From the IMG/VR virus record IMGVR_UViG_3300014205_000018: a stretch of 64,000 nt of DNA; one strand, given 5' to 3'. This DNA is from an uncultured virus (IMG/VR IMGVR_UViG_3300014205_000018). Lineage: Duplodnaviria; Heunggongvirae; Uroviricota; Caudoviricetes. The notes beneath the pieces are model-generated. The model was not told the DNA's origin. It did not search any database and saw only the letters and a list, made by a program, of their open reading frames with translations. Positions 44,414-53,671 of this stretch are shown here, one piece after another. The translations under genes were made by a program, and so were the position numbers. How positions within the stretch are numbered: position 1 is the stretch's first letter; each line of letters opens with the position of its first letter.

Positions 44414-45535
44414 TTAACTGTTAAAGAAGATGCGATTAGAGGCCAAAAGCTTGCTGAAGGTGGGCGACAGTACGAACCGGTCAACGCGCTCGGAGTTCGC
44501 CACGGTGTGCACGAACAGGGACTGCATCTCGTTCTTCATGCGGCCGGTGTAGATCGACACCGCCTCGGCCATGTCCTTGTTCTTCACCTGCTGCACGAAC
44601 TGGAACACCTGCACCAACTGCGCCGTCGGGTTGCTCGGCACCGGGCAGTCCTCTGGCTCATCGCACACACGGGAGAACGGAGGGAGCTGCTGACCGAAGC
44701 GGATGAAGCTCATCAGCTGACCCGTGAACGCACGCCCGATAGTCCCGCGCAGCGCCACCGTGAGCGTGTCGTCATCGATGTTGTCGATCTCCTTGACGAT
44801 GTCACTCGCTGCGTGCAGCGAACGCGGTGTCACCCACTTGTCCTGCATCTCTGCCGGGTTGAAGATGTACGGGTTGTTCTTGCGCTGCGAAGTGCCCTTG
44901 TTCTTCCCGTCCGGCAGGTAGTCGGTGAAGGTCTCGAAGATGATCGGGAACATCTCGGCACACGCCAGAATCTCTGGCGCGATGTCGTTGTTGGCAGCCC
45001 AGCTGACCCACTCCTCCTTCGTGGGCTTGGCCATGCGCACCATCACAAGCCGGTCACGCAGATGTGCCTGCATGCTGTCACCCAGACCCTCAAGGGACAG
45101 GTTGGTACAGCCGAACACGATGCTCCCCTCGGGCATGTGGTACTGACCGATGCGTCGCTCGTAGAAGATAGGCGCCAGCACGTCCTTGATGAACTGCCGC
45201 GCCTTGGCGATCTCGTCCAGGCAGATGATGACAGGCTTGCTGCCGTTGATACCCTTCTGCGACTTGCGACCCACACCGAAGCGCTCGTTAGGCAGCTCGC
45301 GCGAGATGCCATTCTCACGATCGATGTCCGGCATCCAGACCGAACCGTCCGACAACTGGGTGCAGTCGATCGGATCGATGATGTGATAGCCTGCGAAGGC
45401 AGGGTCACGGCGGAACTCATAGAGCAGCGCGGTCTTGCCAATGCCGGCTTCGCCTTCGATGAGGAGAGAGCGCTTGCTACCGAATGCCTTGATTGCGGCG
45501 GCGACTTGCTTGTGGTTCAATGTATCGATTTCCAT
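44414..45535 (-). CDS. MoxR/dynein-related AAA+ ATPase
   Basis: GEAGIGKT, ICLDEI, GCTN, LRDR, TPRS. Confidence 0.88.
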   Translation of the reverse strand: MEIDTLNHKQVAAAIKAFGSKRSLLIEGEAGIGKTALLYEFRRDPAFAGYHIIDPIDCTQLSDGSVWMPDIDRENGISRELPNERFGVGRKSQKGINGSKPVIICLDEIAKARQFIKDVLAPIFYERRIGQYHMPEGSIVFGCTNLSLEGLGDSMQAHLRDRLVMVRMAKPTKEEWVSWAANNDIAPEILACAEMFPIIFETFTDYLPDGKNKGTSQRKNNPYIFNPAEMQDKWVTPRSLHAASDIVKEIDNIDDDTLTVALRGTIGRAFTGQLMSFIRFGQQLPPFSRVCDEPEDCPVPSNPTAQLVQVFQFVQQVKNKDMAEAVSIYTGRMKNEMQSLFVHTVANSERVDRFVLSPTFSKLLASNRIFFNS

Positions 45536-45623
45536 TTGTATGCTCCTTGGGCTATGCCCGTTTTGTACCAGTATCCGACTGGCGGCGGTTTGTTTGTCAA
45601 TTTCTTGACAGTGTACACTACAC

Positions 45624-45646
45624 TAACTCCCGAGTGTCAGGAGTTA
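45624..45646. promoter_or_regulatory. 23-bp palindrome, copy 1 (one mismatch)
   Basis: taactcccga-gtg-tcaggagtta. Confidence 0.8.
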
Positions 45647-45650
45647 GTCA

Positions 45651-46553
45651 TTAGACGAATGAGAATCGCTTGGGAAGATGTTCAGGGAACATCGGGATAG
45701 GCTTGCGGCCCCCCGCTACGTGCGGCGCGCAGTGTCCGGTAAGCATGTCTAGGACTGCAGCTTCGACGTCGCGGTTGCGTAGTGTCCGATCGGCTTTGTC
45801 GGCGTGTATGTAATCCCGCCTGTTCAGTATGCTCTCGGCACACATGTCGTACTGCGCCAGCAGTATGTTGGCCTCGGTCAGCAGCCCATCGGGCGAGCGC
45901 ATGGCGGCTTGCAGTTCGGACCGGTGGTCGCAGATCACGTCACCCCGACTGCCACTGAACGGCCGACCTGGGTGGTTGTACTGCGCCGCTGGGGGTGCCC
46001 ACTCCCTGACCATTGCTTCTTTGCGCAGGTCCCACACGTCGGTGAGCTTGCACAGCTGCTTGCGTACGGTCGCGCGCCACTCCTTGATGGTGTCGGACAT
46101 GACGTGGGTGTACACCTCCCGGTGGTGGCTCTCGCCGATGACAAGGTTGCCGTCCGGGGCGAACATCAGATCGGTACCCAGGCTGCCATAGTACAAGGGC
46201 ACCTCGACGCTGCACCCATGCGTGGTCCTGCACTCCCGGTAGTTGTGCCAGTTACCAAGTACTTGCCACATAAACTCCGTCGATGTCAGTCGCCCATCAT
46301 AGGTGTAGCACACACGACTGAACCCACGCTTGTCCGGTGCGTAGTAGCGCGCCATGATGGTCGAGTACAGCACCACATCGTAGTAACCGTCGCCCTGCTC
46401 AAGGCGGTAGTGGTGCTTGCGCTTGTCATCGAGCGGTCGCTGGTGGTCTTCCCAGTACTTGGACTTGGACTTGGGCAGCGCCATCTGTTTGAAGTGGCGC
46501 TCGGCATCTTCGTGATGTCGGATGCGTGCGCATCCGCTGGGGTCTGAATACAT
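45651..46553 (-). CDS. Hypothetical protein
   Basis: 300 aa; AAGGAG RBS. Confidence 0.7.
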   Translation of the reverse strand: MYSDPSGCARIRHHEDAERHFKQMALPKSKSKYWEDHQRPLDDKRKHHYRLEQGDGYYDVVLYSTIMARYYAPDKRGFSRVCYTYDGRLTSTEFMWQVLGNWHNYRECRTTHGCSVEVPLYYGSLGTDLMFAPDGNLVIGESHHREVYTHVMSDTIKEWRATVRKQLCKLTDVWDLRKEAMVREWAPPAAQYNHPGRPFSGSRGDVICDHRSELQAAMRSPDGLLTEANILLAQYDMCAESILNRRDYIHADKADRTLRNRDVEAAVLDMLTGHCAPHVAGGRKPIPMFPEHLPKRFSFV

Positions 46554-46568
46554 GTCATTACTCCTTGG

Positions 46569-47207
46569 TTAAAATAATTGGCCGTCTTCGGTGAAGACGT
46601 ATTCGTTGCTGTCGCACATCTCTTTGAGGTACTCGTCCGAGCGTTGATACTCGTACTCAGTCTCGAGATTTTTGTATAGCTCCCCTGCTTTCTCCTTGGC
46701 CCATGCCAGGACCTCGGATATCAGCTCTGCTAACGCATTCTCATTCCATTCGAGGGCTTCCATTCGCTCGACCACATTGGCGCCGGCAAAGACACCACCT
46801 GCGAAGCACTCCTCGTCGCCCGCATACACCTCCAGCGCATCGTCGATGTACATGCAGCCGTCGTGTGCGTAGTGCCCAACCTTGCGCCGTATCAACAGTG
46901 CGTCGCTCGCATAGCCCTCTCGCATCGCTTGCAACAGCACCTCACGCTGGAGGTTGTCCTCCATGGTGTGCAGCAGGTACGCCTGCATGTCCACGCGCCC
47001 CTCCCACGACGCACCATCACCCTGGCTCCAGAACCCTGAGTACCACATAGCCTCAACCATGACACCCAGCTCCTTCATGTCCTCGATGAAGTCTTGGTAG
47101 ACGAACTCGTGCCAGTCATCATAGGGGGTGAAGGTCTGGCGCACCTTGTCCTTGGCTTCGTCGGAGAGTTCATCGAACTCGTAGACGGCTATTTCACACG
47201 TTTGCAT
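46569..47207 (-). CDS. Acidic conserved phage protein
   Basis: VYEFDELSDEAK...YSGFWSQGDGA...EYEY..SDE...NEY.FTEDG. Confidence 0.7.
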   Translation of the reverse strand: MQTCEIAVYEFDELSDEAKDKVRQTFTPYDDWHEFVYQDFIEDMKELGVMVEAMWYSGFWSQGDGASWEGRVDMQAYLLHTMEDNLQREVLLQAMREGYASDALLIRRKVGHYAHDGCMYIDDALEVYAGDEECFAGGVFAGANVVERMEALEWNENALAELISEVLAWAKEKAGELYKNLETEYEYQRSDEYLKEMCDSNEYVFTEDGQLF

Positions 47208-47464
47208 ATGTGCTCCGATGTTGCTTCGAACAGTTCAGCGAACTTGTCCTTGAGGTTGTCACGTGACGCAAGGGGTACGAACCCTTGCAGCTTGTAGCGA
47301 CGATGCGCGGACCAGTGGAAGGCTACACGCCCGTCGCCGAAGCTCGTCTGCATGTACTTGAACCAGATCGTCGCGCACCACCCCTTGTCCGTCACATATC
47401 CGATGTATACCTTATAAGGCAGGCGCCCTTTGGCGTCGCGGAATGGTCCGTTCTTGGGTTTCAT
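47189..47464 (-). CDS. Hypothetical protein
   Basis: GGGAGG RBS. Confidence 0.5.
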   Translation of the reverse strand: MKPKNGPFRDAKGRLPYKVYIGYVTDKGWCATIWFKYMQTSFGDGRVAFHWSAHRRYKLQGFVPLASRDNLKDKFAELFEATSEHICKRVK

Positions 47465-47495
47465 CCTTCCCTCCCTTCTCGCCGCAATGCGGCGT

Positions 47496-47822
47496 TCAGT
47501 CCACGTTCCACTGTGTCCTCCCTTCTCCCCACCAGTGGATGCTGGTGATGTTGAGGTTGTGGCGGATAGCCATTACATCGACGATGTTGATGAGCGCCGT
47601 CTTCAGTGCCTTGTCCGTGATGAACTCAGGCGTGTTGACTATCGCCATCCTGAAGCGGCGCGGTGCCACCGGTCCCTTGCGCCCCATGGTGCGGATCACC
47701 CACAGGTTCGTGGCCCGCGCCGTGTGGCTCCGTGTCACACGTGCCGTGACGGGTACTTCCCGCCAGATGGCTCGCAGTTTCACCACGTCGTTGGTGATCA
47801 CGATGTCGTCAGCGTTTGACAT
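47496..47822 (-). CDS. Hypothetical protein
   Basis: AGGAG RBS. Confidence 0.5.
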   Translation of the reverse strand: MSNADDIVITNDVVKLRAIWREVPVTARVTRSHTARATNLWVIRTMGRKGPVAPRRFRMAIVNTPEFITDKALKTALINIVDVMAIRHNLNITSIHWWGEGRTQWNVD

Positions 47823-48090
47823 GGACACTCCTGAACCTGAAGTGCGCACCATAGGGCAGCATGGCTATCTGCGCGCACGTACGCAGCAGCCTGTCCTTGT
47901 CGAGCCGCTTGCTGGGTACCGACGCGAGCGCGTGCGCCCACATGGGGTAGTAGCTACCGTTTCCCCACTTGACATACACCACGCACCGCGGCAGCTCCTT
48001 GAACGAGTACTTGATCCTCGCCCGCACGCGCATGCGCCCCTGCTTGTCGACCCACAGGTCTTCGAGCTTCGGTATTACTAGATGCTCCAT
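47809..48090 (-). CDS. Hypothetical protein
   Basis: AAGGAGAGTGAA-ATG start immediately after palindrome 2. Confidence 0.55.
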   Translation of the reverse strand: MEHLVIPKLEDLWVDKQGRMRVRARIKYSFKELPRCVVYVKWGNGSYYPMWAHALASVPSKRLDKDRLLRTCAQIAMLPYGAHFRFRSVHVKR

Positions 48091-48104
48091 TTCACTCTCC
48101 TTGT

Positions 48105-48127
48105 TAACTCCCGACCATCGGGAGTTA
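48105..48127. promoter_or_regulatory. 23-bp palindrome, copy 2
   Basis: taactcccga-cca-tcgggagtta. Confidence 0.85.
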
Positions 48128-48301
48128 GTAGTTGAACTTCTTCTCGAGATAGTGCAGCAGGTACGCTGTGTAGCGCACGCTGTACTCGCGCCCGCGATAC
48201 ACGAAGCTGGTCTTCTTCTCCTGCACAGCCTTGTCGTGTAGCGCCTCGACTTCGGCCAGGGTATCCGGCGTGAACGTCACAGCCGGGGCTTGTTGAGTCA
48301 T
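48125..48301 (-). CDS. Small phage protein (58 aa)
   Basis: MTQQAP...FVYRGREY..YTAYLLHYL; its TAA stop is supplied by the palindrome. Confidence 0.6.
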   Translation of the reverse strand: MTQQAPAVTFTPDTLAEVEALHDKAVQEKKTSFVYRGREYSVRYTAYLLHYLEKKFNY

Positions 48302-48588
48302 GGTGTGTCTCCTTCGTATGGTTTCATGTACTGCTCCCCTAGAATCTTCCCTTGCCGCAGCTCGTTACGCCCGTTCATCAGCTTGACCATCAAGGGCTTA
48401 CCGTCGATTGGAACGACGAACCAATACACGCGGTCCTGTGGCGCACCTGAGCGCAGGCGTTGTATTTCACCAAACTTATCACCGGGTCTGGCCGGCAGCA
48501 GTATGCGCACGATGCGCCCGTTGTTGATTTGGCTTGGCGATTCGATGACCGCCAACTGACCGGCTTCGAAGCGGGGTTCAGGTGCCAT
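48298..48588 (-). CDS. Hypothetical protein (SH3-like beta)
   Basis: FEAGQLAVI...NGRIVRI. Confidence 0.55.
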   Translation of the reverse strand: MAPEPRFEAGQLAVIESPSQINNGRIVRILLPARPGDKFGEIQRLRSGAPQDRVYWFVVPIDGKPLMVKLMNGRNELRQGKILGEQYMKPYEGDTP

Positions 48589-48844
48589 CGGTCTCTCCTT
48601 TCTTCTCCGTCAATGCCCGCGTGAACGCCATCGCTGCTTGCGTGTAATCGAGCAGGTTTTCGATCTCCTTCTTGAGCAGCAACGCCATCTGAATCTGGCT
48701 GTCACGCGAGCGGTCCTTGAACAGCGCGTCCAGTATTGCCGGCCCCTTCTTGACCATTGCTGAACGCAGCGTGCGTATGGCGTTGTGCTCCTCGTAGGTG
48801 AAGTTTGGTGGGGTTGGGCTGGGGGTTGGGGTTTCGGTGTTCAT
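48578..48844 (-). CDS. Hypothetical protein
   Basis: Coupled ORF. Confidence 0.55.
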   Translation of the reverse strand: MNTETPTPSPTPPNFTYEEHNAIRTLRSAMVKKGPAILDALFKDRSRDSQIQMALLLKKEIENLLDYTQAAMAFTRALTEKKGETDGT

Positions 48845-49095
48845 CCCTTACTCCCTGCGATGTCCATCAGTTCGACCACCATGCGCTTCTTCTCCTCGAG
48901 TTCATTCATGAACGCGCATAGTTTCGTGGCCAGCATTACCGCCTGTTCTGTCTTGGCCTCGTCGTAGGCGCAAGGGAACACAACGGTCTGCTGGAACATG
49001 TCCAGTGATTTTGGACTCAATGTTGCGGGCAAGATGGTAATGTTGTTGACACCATTGGTATTGCTGTCGCCCCAGTGGGCTACTTTGTACTTCAT
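48841..49095 (-). CDS. Hypothetical protein
   Basis: Coupled ORF. Confidence 0.55.
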   Translation of the reverse strand: MKYKVAHWGDSNTNGVNNITILPATLSPKSLDMFQQTVVFPCAYDEAKTEQAVMLATKLCAFMNELEEKKRMVVELMDIAGSKG

Positions 49096-49445
49096 GTCAG
49101 TTCCCCCGGTACGTCGACTTCATCTCCCAGCTTGCTGGCCACGTAGCAACGCATTGCCGCTATCAGCGGGGTTGGGCCGAACTGAATCCAGTTGCCTTCG
49201 TAGTTGTGAATGTGGAACTCACACCGCGATTCCGGGCGACTACCACTCTCAAGCCACGACTTGAACTGAGCACCCTTGATGCTGTCGATGATCGGCCCGC
49301 CTTGGGACCAGTCTGTGGAGTACATAGACCAAGAAGCCGAGCTATGCACACTCAGGCCGGGAAGAGGTTCCACCTTGTGCCCCTCAGCCTTCGCCACCAT
49401 CCAGTCCAACTGGACTTCGGTGGCTTCTGATACTTTGACTCTCAT
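49092..49445 (-). CDS. NinX/DUF2591 family protein
   Basis: LDWMVAKAEG, YSTDWSQGGPII, GPTPLIAAMRCYVASKLG. Confidence 0.8.
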   Translation of the reverse strand: MRVKVSEATEVQLDWMVAKAEGHKVEPLPGLSVHSSASWSMYSTDWSQGGPIIDSIKGAQFKSWLESGSRPESRCEFHIHNYEGNWIQFGPTPLIAAMRCYVASKLGDEVDVPGELT

Positions 49446-49446
49446 C

Positions 49447-49749
49447 TCATTCTCCTTTGGTTGCCTGCGCAAGTGCATCCTTGCGCAGTGTTATTGCCAG
49501 TTGAAGTCGGGCCAAGTTCTTCACGGCCTTGTAGCAGGGACCCCTGTCCCAGAAAGTGAACACCTTGACCCGCCCGCCATCGTACAAAGCGAGTGCCCAC
49601 GCTCCGTTTGCTGTCCACAGGACAATAGGCAAGCGTGCGTGCTTGATGGTGTGTTCGCCCATTGGTTTCCAGTCCGCGGGCGCTTGAAGCGCTTCCCATG
49701 TGGCCTTGCCCGCCTCGGACATAAGCCACCACGTCAGTGGTTTCCGCAT
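49447..49749 (-). CDS. Hypothetical protein
   Basis: AAGGAG RBS. Confidence 0.55.
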   Translation of the reverse strand: MRKPLTWWLMSEAGKATWEALQAPADWKPMGEHTIKHARLPIVLWTANGAWALALYDGGRVKVFTFWDRGPCYKAVKNLARLQLAITLRKDALAQATKGE

Positions 49750-50075
49750 CTCATTCTCTCCTTGTCGTATGCAGCCAGCACTGCGCGAGCTGCCTTGTCA
49801 CGTGCGCTTCGCACGATCTTGCGGATGTACATTTCGGTGTGGCCTGCACGTGCGACGCCGGCCACATCCGGGAACCAAAGCAGCGCAATACCAACGCGCG
49901 TCTCCTTGTTCAGCTTCTCCAGCTTGTACGCGTGGTACGCGTCGGCGTGTTGTATTACGAGCAGCTCGAGCCAGTCTCGCAGTATCTGCATGCCCGCTTC
50001 GTTGTCTGCGGTAGCGGCCGCCCTGCGTACCTCGCGTGGATATTTCTTTCGCGCGGCCGCGCGCCTAGCGCTCAT
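49734..50075 (-). CDS. Hypothetical protein
   Basis: GAGGAG RBS before ATG 50075. Confidence 0.5.
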   Translation of the reverse strand: MSARRAAARKKYPREVRRAAATADNEAGMQILRDWLELLVIQHADAYHAYKLEKLNKETRVGIALLWFPDVAGVARAGHTEMYIRKIVRSARDKAARAVLAAYDKERMRCGNH

Positions 50076-50352
50076 CCCCGTTCTCCTCTTCAGTTGTCGG
50101 CATCGGCATGGGCACGCGCAGCTTGCGCGCATCGGGCCAGGGTGTGTCATTGGCTTCATCCCCGAACGCTCTCTCCAGTGCGTTGCTGTACCGGTACGCG
50201 TCAGTGAAGTAAGGCGGGAACTTGCCGAACACATCGTAGAAATGCCAGTGTGCACACGTGATGCACCCTGCTGCGAACATCTTGCATCGTGGGCCTGCGT
50301 TACCCCGCGATGGGTGGTGCATGGACTTGCGTTTGAACTGGCGTTGTTTCAT
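50065..50352 (-). CDS. Hypothetical protein with CxxC
   Basis: C..F..GCITCAHW. Confidence 0.5.
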   Translation of the reverse strand: MKQRQFKRKSMHHPSRGNAGPRCKMFAAGCITCAHWHFYDVFGKFPPYFTDAYRYSNALERAFGDEANDTPWPDARKLRVPMPMPTTEEENGDER

Positions 50353-50537
50353 ACCCCTGCCCCCGGTGCCGGCGTGCTGTGCTGCAGCCGCGTCATCCTG
50401 CGCTTGGCAAGGCGTGCTGCTGCCTTGGCCTTGAGCCGCTTGTCGCGCTCGATGCGCGCCCTGCGGTTGGCCTCGGTGATGCTGGGGTCGCGATGGGCCT
50501 TGGCCTTTGGGGCCGGGGTTGGTTTCTTGTCTTTCAT
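50349..50537 (-). CDS. Small basic protein
   Basis: AAGGAGCATGAC-ATG start. Confidence 0.55.
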   Translation of the reverse strand: MKDKKPTPAPKAKAHRDPSITEANRRARIERDKRLKAKAAARLAKRRMTRLQHSTPAPGAGV

Positions 50538-50944
50538 GTCATGCTCCTTGGTTGATCGATGCACATCAATACGGCAATACGCAGAGCCTGCCCCGGCGTA
50601 ACCTCGTAGTTGCCAGAGTAGCTGACGCAGTTGGCCCGGAAGATACGCTGCACCTCGTCGTTGCGCGTGTGCATCGTTGCCTTCACGTCGTCCGCGCGCC
50701 GCGGGTCCACGCGTGGCACCCTGGCGTTCTCGGGCCAGTAGTCGGTCCAGAATATCCGGGCTAAACCTTCGGCCGCTGGCGTGAGCGCATAGTGCGCCGC
50801 TGTTTCGGCCTTAAGCGCCGGATACGAAACCCCACTCCAGTTGCTGCCGTCCCACCAGCGCCAGCAGTTTTCGTTACTGTATACGCTCGCGTTCCACCAT
50901 CCCACATGTGGCGGTGGGCCCTTGTGCCAAATACGTTCTTTCAT
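50534..50944 (-). CDS. Trp-rich phage protein
   Basis: WHKGPPPHVGWWNAS...RWWDG..WS. Confidence 0.65.
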   Translation of the reverse strand: MKERIWHKGPPPHVGWWNASVYSNENCWRWWDGSNWSGVSYPALKAETAAHYALTPAAEGLARIFWTDYWPENARVPRVDPRRADDVKATMHTRNDEVQRIFRANCVSYSGNYEVTPGQALRIAVLMCIDQPRSMT

Positions 50945-50975
50945 CTCACTCTCCTTCTGGGGTATCCCCCGTTGT

Positions 50976-50998
50976 TAACTCCCGACCATCGGGAGTTA
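50976..50998. promoter_or_regulatory. 23-bp palindrome, copy 3
   Basis: taactcccga-cca-tcgggagtta. Confidence 0.85.
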
Positions 50999-51003
50999 AG
51001 GTT

Positions 51004-51621
51004 TCACTTGACCATTGCTGGCGCAGCCTGGGGTGCCGGCAGGGCCTTGAGGTGCTTGTTGAGCAGCATCTGGAATGGTACGGGGTTAGGTGCCACGTTG
51101 GTCTGCGGGAACACCTCCTCCACGAACACGCGCAGCTCGGGCCAGGAGTCCAGCACCACTTTGGTCGTGCGCCCGTCGATCTGCGCAACGATGTCCTTGC
51201 GCATGGCCTTCGCCTTGTCTTGCAGATCGCTGACGTACTTGCTCTGCTTGTTGAGCAGATCGATCGTCTTGGGCGCGGTGATGTTGACTATCGACAGTAC
51301 GTGTTCAGGCACAGTAGCCTTGTCATCATCGGCGGCGTACACCATGACGTTGTGCTGCACCTTCTTATCCTTGCCCTTGACGTCCCACTGCAACGTGGCC
51401 TGCCCCACTCTACGGTAGTGACCATTGCCCTGGTCACCGTGCGCTTTGTAGATTGCGCGTGCAATCTCGCGCGTGAACCCACAACCTTGCACTGCCTCGT
51501 AGTACGCTGCGAGCAGCATTGTGTTGAACGTCTCTTGCGCGGGTACCAGCAGATGCTCGAACGCTTTCGTGGATACCCGCGTTGCGATCAGGAATGCTGT
51601 TTGGTTGTTTATCTTTGCCAT
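51004..51621 (-). CDS. Nmad5-like protein
   Basis: C-terminal TTKVVLDSWPEL resembles the T.K.L...WPE motif. Confidence 0.5.
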   Translation of the reverse strand: MAKINNQTAFLIATRVSTKAFEHLLVPAQETFNTMLLAAYYEAVQGCGFTREIARAIYKAHGDQGNGHYRRVGQATLQWDVKGKDKKVQHNVMVYAADDDKATVPEHVLSIVNITAPKTIDLLNKQSKYVSDLQDKAKAMRKDIVAQIDGRTTKVVLDSWPELRVFVEEVFPQTNVAPNPVPFQMLLNKHLKALPAPQAAPAMVK

Positions 51622-51652
51622 GTCATGCTCCTATGGGGTTGTTGCCCCGTTG

Positions 51653-52120
51653 TTACCGGCTGCCGGCCGGTGCGGTTTTCAGGTGCGCGTTGTGCACCAG
51701 ATTCTCAGGATTGAAATTCATCACGCACGCTGGGTAGTAGCTGTCAGAGTAGCTCGTGCCGACCTCAAGGACAACGCCGCCTGTCTCCACGTCGATGAGG
51801 CGCAGGATATCGGCCTCGGGGGTCTCAGCGTCCCAACCACGAACACCGTATACCTCGGCTCGTACGATGACGGGTCCGAAGCTGTTCGTTATCGGCTTGT
51901 CCGAGACCTCCACATCACCCGCAGATGAGCGATACCCATCGTCGGGGTCCTCCGTAACGGTGTAGGTCACACCATCGATGCGAAAGCTGATGCAGTCGAC
52001 CTCTTCGGTGTTGCCGTGGTAGTGGGTGTGCGTGCCCTTGCCGTAGTCCACACCCGTGAGTAGGTGCAGGCCAGGGGGTCGCGCGAGTTGCACGAATATG
52101 GGCTCGTCGTTCTCTTTCAT
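51653..52120 (-). CDS. Hypothetical protein
   Basis: F.IDGVTY...EDPDDGYRS...VGT...DSYYP. Confidence 0.65.
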   Translation of the reverse strand: MKENDEPIFVQLARPPGLHLLTGVDYGKGTHTHYHGNTEEVDCISFRIDGVTYTVTEDPDDGYRSSAGDVEVSDKPITNSFGPVIVRAEVYGVRGWDAETPEADILRLIDVETGGVVLEVGTSYSDSYYPACVMNFNPENLVHNAHLKTAPAGSR

Positions 52121-52401
52121 CTCCCCCTGGCCTCCTCTTGCGCGATCATGTAGTCGATCCACTGCAAGCGGCCGTTACGGAAGTCACGGAAGTCCATGCG
52201 CTTCCATGTCTCGTAGTGATTCTCATACAGCCACCCGCCGTAACTAGCGCAACCCTCCAGCTGACGCTCGATACGTTTGCAGTACCGTTTGTGCCCGGTC
52301 ACACGCTCAAGCGCGTAGCAGATGAAAGCTACCTTGTAACTCGCTATCAACGGGCGCGCGGCAATGAGCGCCTCGCGGAATGTCATTTGTTTCTTTCTCA
52401 T
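52117..52401 (-). CDS. Hypothetical protein
   Basis: FICYAL...RLQWIDYMI; AGAAGGAGAGTGAG-ATG start. Confidence 0.6.
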   Translation of the reverse strand: MRKKQMTFREALIAARPLIASYKVAFICYALERVTGHKRYCKRIERQLEGCASYGGWLYENHYETWKRMDFRDFRNGRLQWIDYMIAQEEARGR

Positions 52402-52402
52402 C

Positions 52403-52627
52403 TCACTCTCCTTCTGGAGCTGGTGGTAGTAGTTCTTCGTATGGGTTGCCATCGAAGAACGTAGCTACGGGTGTGAACACAAAATCACCGTTGTCGTACC
52501 CAACCATGCACAGCACTACCACCGGCTTACCGCTGGCTTTGCCTGTGCACTCCATGAGCGCTACGTCTCCTGCCGCGAACGCCTTTTTCAGCGTGTCAAA
52601 GTTTTTCTTGTGACCTTTTTGTATCAT
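52403..52627 (-). CDS. Hypothetical protein (DUF6117-like)
   Basis: NFDTL..A...GDVALMEC...GNPYE...PP. Confidence 0.6.
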   Translation of the reverse strand: MIQKGHKKNFDTLKKAFAAGDVALMECTGKASGKPVVVLCMVGYDNGDFVFTPVATFFDGNPYEELLPPAPEGE

Positions 52628-52628
52628 C

Positions 52629-53594
52629 TCACTCTCCTTCTGACGCCTCACCGGCGTCGGTACCTAACTCCCGACCATCGGGAGTTAGTGATTCGGTTTC
52701 TGGTGCCTCGCCCTGACCATTGCTGCCCGGGCCGGGCTCCGCCCGCTCCCCTGGACTTCGGGTATGTCCATCCCCGCCAGCATCGCGCTCCTCTGCGCGG
52801 AGTCTGGCTCTCGTGTCAGGGTCCAGCACGTGCGTCCAGTCCACTGGAGGAACATCTTCCCAAGAGATTGATGAGGTGTGGGATGTTTTGTTGCCGATGA
52901 CGCGCAGGGCTTCGAGTGCGGCGCGCCGGCGCTCGGTGAGGATGCGGGGGATCGTTGCGGTGAACGTGTTATCACTATCTTTCAGCGCCTGCTCAGCTGC
53001 CTCCCACGCCTTCACATGCTCCTGGGGTTTCTCGGCCAGCACCTGCCAGCGCACGCGCAGGGCCTCGCGCTGCGCCAGTGTGGAGAATGGGATCAGGGTG
53101 CGGCCGCGCGCACCCTTGCCTGCCACCTTGGTGTCCTTCTGCACGTCGCGCAGTGCTTCGGTGTACTTGTCCCTGATGTGCGGGGGTATCCACGAGGGCC
53201 ATAAGGTGGTGCGCTCACCCAATGGAGGGAGTGGCGGGTCGCGATCGGCGCGTGCATGGTTGAGTTCAGTCCTGGCCTTGCGAATCTCCTGCAAGGTAGG
53301 CTCCGGGTTCTCGGGCGTGCCGCGCAGTGCAGATGTGATCTCGGCACGGGTTTTCTCCAACAGCTTGGCATATAGGTTGTAGACCTCAGCCTTCGCTGGC
53401 GTCGCGCCGGGTGCACGCGCCGACGATCGCGCAGACTTCAGGCACTCGCTCAACATGATTAATTGATCGGCCATCCGATCTTCTGCGCTCAACTGGCGCA
53501 CCTTCGCGAATGCATTCATGAGTCGGTACTGCATTTGCGGTGGTATTTCAGCGTGGGCCATGGCCCGGCGCAATGATTTGTCCAATGATTCCAT
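52629..53594 (-). CDS. Hypothetical protein
   Basis: 321 aa; GAGGAG RBS; palindrome 4 lies inside its 3' end. Confidence 0.65.
   Translation of the reverse strand: MESLDKSLRRAMAHAEIPPQMQYRLMNAFAKVRQLSAEDRMADQLIMLSECLKSARSSARAPGATPAKAEVYNLYAKLLEKTRAEITSALRGTPENPEPTLQEIRKARTELNHARADRDPPLPPLGERTTLWPSWIPPHIRDKYTEALRDVQKDTKVAGKGARGRTLIPFSTLAQREALRVRWQVLAEKPQEHVKAWEAAEQALKDSDNTFTATIPRILTERRRAALEALRVIGNKTSHTSSISWEDVPPVDWTHVLDPDTRARLRAEERDAGGDGHTRSPGERAEPGPGSNGQGEAPETESLTPDGRELGTDAGEASEGE
52665..52687. promoter_or_regulatory. 23-bp palindrome, copy 4
   Basis: taactcccga-cca-tcgggagtta. Confidence 0.85.
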
Positions 53595-53671
53595 GATTAA
53601 TTACTCCTCAAAAAGGATCAGTGTAGCAGGCTTCTATGTCGGACCCTGCCAGTAGAATAGACGAAACACGA

